This document shows, piece by piece, positions 58,585 through 64,000 of a stretch of DNA of 64,000 bases (positions within the stretch are counted from its first letter, which is position 1; every line of letters begins with the position of its first letter). The stretch spans positions 14,714 to 78,713 of the forward strand of contig DATDQB010000002.1 of the NCBI GenBank assembly GCA_035292445.1, in the 5' to 3' direction. Under the pieces are notes generated by a model. It was given only the letters and a program-made list of their open reading frames with translations, ran no database searches and was not told where the DNA came from. The stretch comes from Candidatus Omnitrophota bacterium (GTDB taxonomy: Bacteria; Omnitrophota; Gorgyraeia; Zapsychrales; Zapsychraceae). A program made the translations under genes and the position numbers.

Positions 58585-58895
58585 TGTACCGCATAAGAAA
58601 AGATGATTTGGTTTATGTGGTTGTCGGCAAAGATAAGGGGAAAACAGGCAAAGTGCTGCACGTTTATCCCAAACTGCAACGGGCGCTTGTCGAGAGCATT
58701 AACGTTGTCAAAAAAGCGATGCGCCGCACCCAGGACAATCAAAAAGGTGGTTTTGTCGAGATAGAGATGCCGATTCATATTTCGAATTTAATGTTGGCTG
58801 ATAAGAAAACGAACAAACCGGTCCGTCTTGGCGCCAAGTTCGATAAGAGCGGCTCAAAAGAGCGTATCAGCCGGAAATCGGGTGAGGTTATTTAA
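58584..58895 (+). CDS. rplX: 50S ribosomal protein L24
   Basis: 103 aa, KOW motif. Confidence 0.9.
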   Translation: MYRIRKDDLVYVVVGKDKGKTGKVLHVYPKLQRALVESINVVKKAMRRTQDNQKGGFVEIEMPIHISNLMLADKKTNKPVRLGAKFDKSGSKERISRKSGEVI

Positions 58896-58896
58896 G

Positions 58897-59448
58897 ATGA
58901 CGAAAGAACCGCGTTTGCATAAATTATATAAAGAAGGCGTTATCCCAAAGATGCAGGAGAAATTCGGCATCAAGAACAAGATGGCGGTGCCGCGGATACA
59001 GAAAATTGTCATCAGCATGGGCGTCGGTAAAGCCATCGGGGATGCAAAAATTCTCGATAGTGCCGTGCACGATCTGACGACCATTACGGGGCAGAGGCCT
59101 GTTGTAACACGAGCAAAATTGGCGATTTCCAATTTTAAGCTGAGAGAAAACGCCCCCATTGGCTGTAAAGTCACGCTGCGCCGGACAAGGATGTACGAAT
59201 TCCTGGATCGGTTTGTCAGCGTCGCTTTACCGCGTATCCGGGATTTTAACGGCGTTTCCAGGAAATCTTTCGACAACGAAGGCAATTTCAACTTAGGCCT
59301 CGATGAACAATCAATCTTCCCCGAAATTGACACGGGAAGGATCCAGCATGTCCAAGGGATGAACATCACATTTGTATTCAATAAAGCCCCCAAAGAACAA
59401 ACAATGGAAGTTTTATATTTATTAGGGATGCCGTTTAGGAAAAATTAA
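58897..59448 (+). CDS. rplE: 50S ribosomal protein L5
   Basis: 183 aa from ATG 58897 (MTKEPRLHKLYKEG canonical; ORF track starts 23 codons upstream inside rplX). Confidence 0.9.
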   Translation: MTKEPRLHKLYKEGVIPKMQEKFGIKNKMAVPRIQKIVISMGVGKAIGDAKILDSAVHDLTTITGQRPVVTRAKLAISNFKLRENAPIGCKVTLRRTRMYEFLDRFVSVALPRIRDFNGVSRKSFDNEGNFNLGLDEQSIFPEIDTGRIQHVQGMNITFVFNKAPKEQTMEVLYLLGMPFRKN

Positions 59449-59461
59449 AGGATAAGTTTAC

Positions 59462-59647
59462 ATGGCAAAAAAGGGATTAATTAATAAATCAAAGAAGCCA
59501 GCTAAGTTTTCAACCAGGCAACATAATCGCTGCAAGTTGTGCGGCCGCCCGAGAGGATACTTAAGAAGGTTTAATATGTGCCGCATATGCTTTCGGGAAT
59601 TGGCCTGGCGCGGGGAAATCCCGGGTGTGCGAAAGGCCAGCTGGTAA
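59462..59647 (+). CDS. rpsN: 30S ribosomal protein S14, zinc-binding type Z
   Basis: 61 aa with CKLCGR...CRIC. Confidence 0.9.
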   Translation: MAKKGLINKSKKPAKFSTRQHNRCKLCGRPRGYLRRFNMCRICFRELAWRGEIPGVRKASW

Positions 59648-59672
59648 CATACTTAATTTAAGGGAATAAACT

Positions 59673-60068
59673 ATGTCATTAAATGATCCGATCAGTAATT
59701 TGTTAACGACTGTCCGAAACGGCCTTCAGGCGCGCCAGGAAACGGTCGATATTCCGGCCTCAAAACTCAATGGGCGCATTTTGGAGATCTTCAAAAGAGA
59801 CGGATACATTGAAGATTTCCGGTCCATGCAGACCACCGCCCAAGGCTCCTTTAAGGTCTATTTGAAATACGAAAGGAAAAAGCCGGTCATTATCGGTTTA
59901 AAAAGGATTTCGAAGCCGGGGCTGCGTGTTTACGCCAGGTCCGATAGAGTTCCCCGTGTTTTAAACGGTCTTGGCACGGCTGTTCTGTCGACCTCCAAAG
60001 GAGTGCTGACGGACCGGGAAGCCCGTAAGCAGAAAATCGGCGGGGAAATATTGTGTTATATTTGGTAA
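59673..60068 (+). CDS. rpsH: 30S ribosomal protein S8
   Basis: 131 aa. Confidence 0.95.
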   Translation: MSLNDPISNLLTTVRNGLQARQETVDIPASKLNGRILEIFKRDGYIEDFRSMQTTAQGSFKVYLKYERKKPVIIGLKRISKPGLRVYARSDRVPRVLNGLGTAVLSTSKGVLTDREARKQKIGGEILCYIW

Positions 60069-60087
60069 GTATTAAGGAGAATTTATC

Positions 60088-60627
60088 ATGTCACGTCTTG
60101 CAAAAGTTCCAGTGGTGATTCCCGATAAGGTCAAGGTGACCGTTGTACCGGGAAATATTCATTTGGAAGGGCCGAAGGGGAAGTTAGACCTTAAGGTCCC
60201 CCAAGGGGTAACCGTGGAACAGAAAGAAAATAAATTGCTTGTGAACAGGACTTCCGATCAAAAACAGGCCCGTGCCAGCCAAGGTTCTGTTCGGGCTCAT
60301 TTGGCCAACTTTGTGGAAGGTTTAGTGAACGGGCATAAGAAGGAATTGGAGATCCAAGGCATAGGTTTTCGTGCCAGCTTACAGGGGAAAAAGGTTTTGT
60401 TTAATTTAGGGTTAAGCCATCCGGTCGAGTTTGAAATCCCGGCCGATGTTGATGTTAAGATTCCCACGCAGACTTCCATTATTGTCGAGGGAACCAACAA
60501 TATGCGCGTAGGCTTGATCGCCGCGCAGATCAAGGCTTTAAAGCCTGTAGAGCCTTATAAAGGGAAAGGGATTCGTTACGTGGGCGAAGTTGTCCGGCGT
60601 AAACAAGGTAAATCCGTAACGAAATAA
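60088..60627 (+). CDS. rplF: 50S ribosomal protein L6
   Basis: 179 aa. Confidence 0.95.
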   Translation: MSRLAKVPVVIPDKVKVTVVPGNIHLEGPKGKLDLKVPQGVTVEQKENKLLVNRTSDQKQARASQGSVRAHLANFVEGLVNGHKKELEIQGIGFRASLQGKKVLFNLGLSHPVEFEIPADVDVKIPTQTSIIVEGTNNMRVGLIAAQIKALKPVEPYKGKGIRYVGEVVRRKQGKSVTK

Positions 60628-60632
60628 AAGTT

Positions 60633-60995
60633 ATGTTAGCGCAAAGAGAGTTAAGCAGAACATATCGTCATCAACGTATCCGAAAAAAGATTTTCGGCAC
60701 CTCCGATAGGCCGCGGTTGTGCATTCATCGCAGCTTAAAGAATCTTTCGGCCCAGGTGATCGATGATACCCAGCATAAAGTCCTTTTTGGGATGTCGACT
60801 TTGTCCAAAGAATTGAAGGGGAAGCTCAAGACGGCCGGCAATGTGCAGGCAGCGACTCAATTCGGGCAGTTTTTTGCCCAGAAAGCCCATGCCAAAGGAA
60901 TCAAAAAGGTTTGTTTTGACCGGGGCGGATATGTTTATCACGGGCGCGTCAAGGCATTTGCCGATGCGGCCCGTCAGAATGGATTGGAGTTTTAA
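60633..60995 (+). CDS. rplR: 50S ribosomal protein L18
   Basis: 120 aa. Confidence 0.9.
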   Translation: MLAQRELSRTYRHQRIRKKIFGTSDRPRLCIHRSLKNLSAQVIDDTQHKVLFGMSTLSKELKGKLKTAGNVQAATQFGQFFAQKAHAKGIKKVCFDRGGYVYHGRVKAFADAARQNGLEF

Positions 60996-60997
60996 AT

Positions 60998-61690
60998 ATG
61001 GTAATGGAAGATAAAGAGCAGTCAGGGCCAAAAGAAAAGTTAGGCGAAACACCCGAGGCTGATATTTCTTCACCGGAGAAGAGACTGGATCGGTCGAAAG
61101 AGAAAAAGGCACGGCCGCAAGAGGAAGATCTGCTTAAAAAACCAGGCAAGGGGATCCACCGTCAGAAAAAGAAAACACCGGAGGAAGAGGAAGAAGCCGC
61201 CCTTGAAGCCAAGAAGGCCGAGTCAGAATTTATCGAAAAAGTCATCTCCATTAATCGCATCACTAAGGTCACCAAAGGCGGCAAAAAGCTATCGTTCAGC
61301 GCCTTAGTCGTTGTGGGCGATACCAGGGGCAATGTCGGTTATAGTTTATCCAAAGCGGCCGAGGTTTCGATTGCCATCAAGAAAGCCATGGGGGTTGCGA
61401 AGAAAAGCATGGTCAATATTCCTTTAAAGGGAAGTACGATCCCTCATGAAGTGATCGGCCGTTGCGGCGGGGCCAGCGTTTTATTGAAGCCGGCCTCCGA
61501 GGGTACAGGCGTTATAGCAGCCGGTCCTGTGCGGGCCGTTTGTGATGGGGCGGGGATCCGTAATATCCTGACCAAATGCCACCGTTCCAATAATCCGATC
61601 AATGTCGTTAAAGCAACGATGGACGGCTTGCTCCGATTAAAACGGGTTAATGTGATCGTTCCAATACCAGAGGTTACGCATGCAAGTTAA
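60998..61690 (+). CDS. rpsE: 30S ribosomal protein S5 with about 65-aa N-terminal K/E-rich extension
   Basis: 230 aa; canonical S5 core begins near [18 protein letters not shown]; preceding low-complexity charged extension. Confidence 0.9.
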   Translation: MVMEDKEQSGPKEKLGETPEADISSPEKRLDRSKEKKARPQEEDLLKKPGKGIHRQKKKTPEEEEEAALEAKKAESEFIEKVISINRITKVTKGGKKLSFSALVVVGDTRGNVGYSLSKAAEVSIAIKKAMGVAKKSMVNIPLKGSTIPHEVIGRCGGASVLLKPASEGTGVIAAGPVRAVCDGAGIRNILTKCHRSNNPINVVKATMDGLLRLKRVNVIVPIPEVTHAS

Positions 61691-62156
61691 TGATATCAAA
61701 GCCCCTTACGGGGTGCGCAGAAGAAGAAAAATTGTCGGCCGGGGCCGCGGTTCAGGCCATGGGAAGACTTCCTGCCGGGGGCATAAAGGGCAGAAAGCCC
61801 ATTCACCGGGCCCGAAGATCATGCTGGAAGGCGGACAGGTGCCGCTTATTCGCCGCATACCCAAAGTGGGATTCAACAGCCATCGTCCCTATCTTTGCCA
61901 AGTGGTCAATGTCGAACTTTTAAATTGTTTTACCAAAGATTCAACAGTCAATATCGTTACGTTAAAAGAAAAGGGCCTGATCAAAAGCCTTAATAAACCG
62001 ATCAAGATTTTGGGCGACGGTGAATTGAAAAAGTCGCTTTTGGTTCAAGTTGAAAATATTTCTAAAACAGCTCAGGAAAAGATCAAAAAGGCCGGCGGTA
62101 AAATCGAAGCGCCGATACGCAAGGCAGACGAAGAAGCACGTGTAGCTGGTAAGTAA
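61680..62156 (+). CDS. rplO: 50S ribosomal protein L15
   Basis: 158 aa; follows rpsE directly, no rpmD between. Confidence 0.9.
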   Translation: MQVNDIKAPYGVRRRRKIVGRGRGSGHGKTSCRGHKGQKAHSPGPKIMLEGGQVPLIRRIPKVGFNSHRPYLCQVVNVELLNCFTKDSTVNIVTLKEKGLIKSLNKPIKILGDGELKKSLLVQVENISKTAQEKIKKAGGKIEAPIRKADEEARVAGK

Positions 62157-62165
62157 AAAAACCCC

Positions 62166-63512
62166 ATGCTTTCATCATTCGCCAATTGTTTTAAGATCCC
62201 TGAGTTAAAGCAGAAGATCCTTTTTACACTCGGGATCATTGCGGCTTACCGCGTGGGTTGTTATATCCCGACACCGGGGGTTAACGGTGCGGTATTGGCT
62301 GAGTTCTTTCAAAGAATCAACACAACGACGGGGGGAAGCATATTCGGGATCATGAATATGTTTTCCGGTGGGGCGCTGGAGAAATTGACGGTATTCTCCT
62401 TAGGCATTATGCCGTACATCTCAAGCTCCATCATCATGCAGTTATTGACGGCGGTCATTCCGGCTTTGGAAAGATTGGCCAAAGAAGGCCAGGCCGGTTA
62501 CCGTAAGATCAACCAGTACACCCGTTACGGGACGCTGGGGTTAGCTTTAGTTCAATCGTTTTTTATCGCTCTTTGGCTTGAAAGTCCGGCATCGTTCCAG
62601 GGGTTGCAAGTTGTTAATAGCCCCGGCTGGGGGTTTCGGCTGGTAACGGTCGTGACGCTTTCCTGCGGGACGTTATTGCTGATGTGGCTGGGGGAGCAGA
62701 TCCAGGAAAGAGGGATCGGTAACGGCATATCGCTCATCATCACCGCCGGTATCATATCCGCCGCTCCGACGGCGTTGCAGACGCTCGTCCTATTGATGTC
62801 GCCACAGTCGGGAGGGACCGTCCAGCTTCAGCCGTTGACCTTACTGATCATGATCTTGTTTTTGGCGGGCGTTATCATTTCGATCACGCTGATTACCCAG
62901 GCCCAGCGGCGTATTCCCGTGCAGTATGCCCGGCGTATCGTGGGCCGAAAGGTCTACGGAGGTCAAAACACGTATATTCCGCTCAAAGTCGATACCTCCG
63001 GGGTTATCGCCATTATTTTTGCGCAGTCGATCATTTTGTTTCCGGCGACGTTGGCAAGCTTTATTCCTAACGAAAGCGTTCAGTCTTTGGCCGGTTATAT
63101 TCAGCGGGGCGGCTTTCTTTATTATTTTATTTACGGGTTGTTGGTTGTGTTCTTTTGTTACTTTTATACGGCGATTGTTTTCAACCCAATTGATGTCGCT
63201 GAAAACCTGAAAAAGCACGGCGGATTTATCCCCGGGGTGCGTCCAGGCAACCAGACAGCCGATTATCTTGATTTTGTCATGACGCGCGTGACGTTGGCGG
63301 GGGCACTTTTTATCTGTGCGATTGCTGTTATGCCGGATGCCATTATGGCTTCTTTTAAAGTGCCTTATTTGGTGGCTTCATTTTTTGGCGGGACAGGGAT
63401 TCTTATTATCGTCGGTGTCATGCTGGATACCATGAAACAGATTGAATCGCATTTGGTTATGCGCCATTATGACGGGTTTATGCGCACGGGGCGGTTGAAG
63501 GGGCGGCGATGA
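62166..63512 (+). CDS. secY: preprotein translocase subunit SecY
   Basis: 448 aa, 10 TM segments, canonical position after L15. Confidence 0.95.
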   Translation: MLSSFANCFKIPELKQKILFTLGIIAAYRVGCYIPTPGVNGAVLAEFFQRINTTTGGSIFGIMNMFSGGALEKLTVFSLGIMPYISSSIIMQLLTAVIPALERLAKEGQAGYRKINQYTRYGTLGLALVQSFFIALWLESPASFQGLQVVNSPGWGFRLVTVVTLSCGTLLLMWLGEQIQERGIGNGISLIITAGIISAAPTALQTLVLLMSPQSGGTVQLQPLTLLIMILFLAGVIISITLITQAQRRIPVQYARRIVGRKVYGGQNTYIPLKVDTSGVIAIIFAQSIILFPATLASFIPNESVQSLAGYIQRGGFLYYFIYGLLVVFFCYFYTAIVFNPIDVAENLKKHGGFIPGVRPGNQTADYLDFVMTRVTLAGALFICAIAVMPDAIMASFKVPYLVASFFGGTGILIIVGVMLDTMKQIESHLVMRHYDGFMRTGRLKGRR

Positions 63513-64000
63513 GGTTAGTGCTTATGGGCCCGCCGGGCGCCGGCAAAGGGACCCTGGCGGATTTATTGAAAAGTTCTCTGAAAATTCCTCATATCTCAAC
63601 CGGCGATATCTTGCGGGAAGAGATGAAGAAAGACACGGCGTTGGGACGCAAGGCCAAAGAATTTATTGAGTCCGGCGGATTGGTCCCCGATGAAATCGTC
63701 ACTAAGCTGGTGGACAACCGCCTTTCAAAAGACGCATCTTTGAAAAAAGGGTTTATGCTGGATGGTTTCCCCCGGACGCGCCAGCAAGCCGAGGATCTGG
63801 ACAAGATTTTGGAAAGGCTCCAGCAGCCACTCGATTGCGCGCTTTATTTGGAATCAACGCTGCCAGTTATCATCAAACGCCTGACGGGGCGAAGGATTTG
63901 CAAGTCGTGCGGGGCGGTATTTCACATTAAAAACCGTCCGCCTAAGAAAGAAGGCATTTGTGACCGCTGCAACGGGCAGCTCCATCAACGGGCAGATGAT
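63509..64000 (+). CDS. adk: adenylate kinase (3'-truncated by window end), zinc-lid type
   Basis: start ATGA overlaps secY stop; P-loop GPPGAGKGT; lid CKSCG...CDRC; runs to window edge so absent from the ORF track. Confidence 0.9.
   Translation, partial: MRLVLMGPPGAGKGTLADLLKSSLKIPHISTGDILREEMKKDTALGRKAKEFIESGGLVPDEIVTKLVDNRLSKDASLKKGFMLDGFPRTRQQAEDLDKILERLQQPLDCALYLESTLPVIIKRLTGRRICKSCGAVFHIKNRPPKKEGICDRCNGQLHQRADD

Overview
This 64 kb window is a very compact bacterial chromosomal segment in which every gene I can support lies on the + strand (about 74 CDS, two tRNAs, one riboswitch-like RNA). It most likely comes from a Gram-negative-type (diderm) organism, since it encodes LspA and a PilQ secretin. 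I cannot assign the lineage from sequence alone.

Gene order:
- 214-9503: yggS, proC, mtnP, ileS, a dksA-like gene, lspA, rluD, a hypothetical membrane protein, and aroA.
- 9763-15040: the rod-shape elongasome, mreB, mreC, mreD, mrdA (PBP2), rodA.
- 15143-26982: a type IV pilus locus.
- 27175-37797: rng, rplU, obg, proB, proA, nadD, a phosphohexomutase, plsC, rpsA, tyrS.
- 38073-38504: tRNA-Thr, rpmG, tRNA-Trp.
- 38518-64000: an essentially uninterrupted run secE, nusG, rplKAJL, rpoBC, rpsLG, fusA, tuf, then the S10 and spc operons, secY, and a partial adk.

The most interesting region is the pilus locus. It contains two tandem PilB/GspE-family ATPases whose N-terminal MshEN motifs are degenerate. 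These are bracketed by two small standalone proteins that carry canonical MshEN c-di-GMP-binding motifs plus a T2SSE_N domain. Downstream are pilC, a secreted coiled-coil protein, a type IVa pilin and pilMNOPQ. Upstream of the pilin I recognise a candidate GEMM (c-di-GMP-I) riboswitch with its own sigma70-like promoter and two tandem intrinsic terminators.

Several intergenic regions carry a modular family of structured repeats. These are hairpins with covarying stems and sequence-conserved internal loops, and some supply TTGACA -35 boxes to promoters. They look like an undescribed REP/MITE-like element family.

Other oddities:
- rpoC and rpsL overlap by 59 nt.
- rpsE has an N-terminal K/E-rich extension.
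- rpmD and rpmA are absent from their usual positions.
- A short (GTAAGCR)4 microrepeat plus a perfect hairpin sits upstream of proC.

I see no CRISPR array, no IS element or integrase, and no rRNA.
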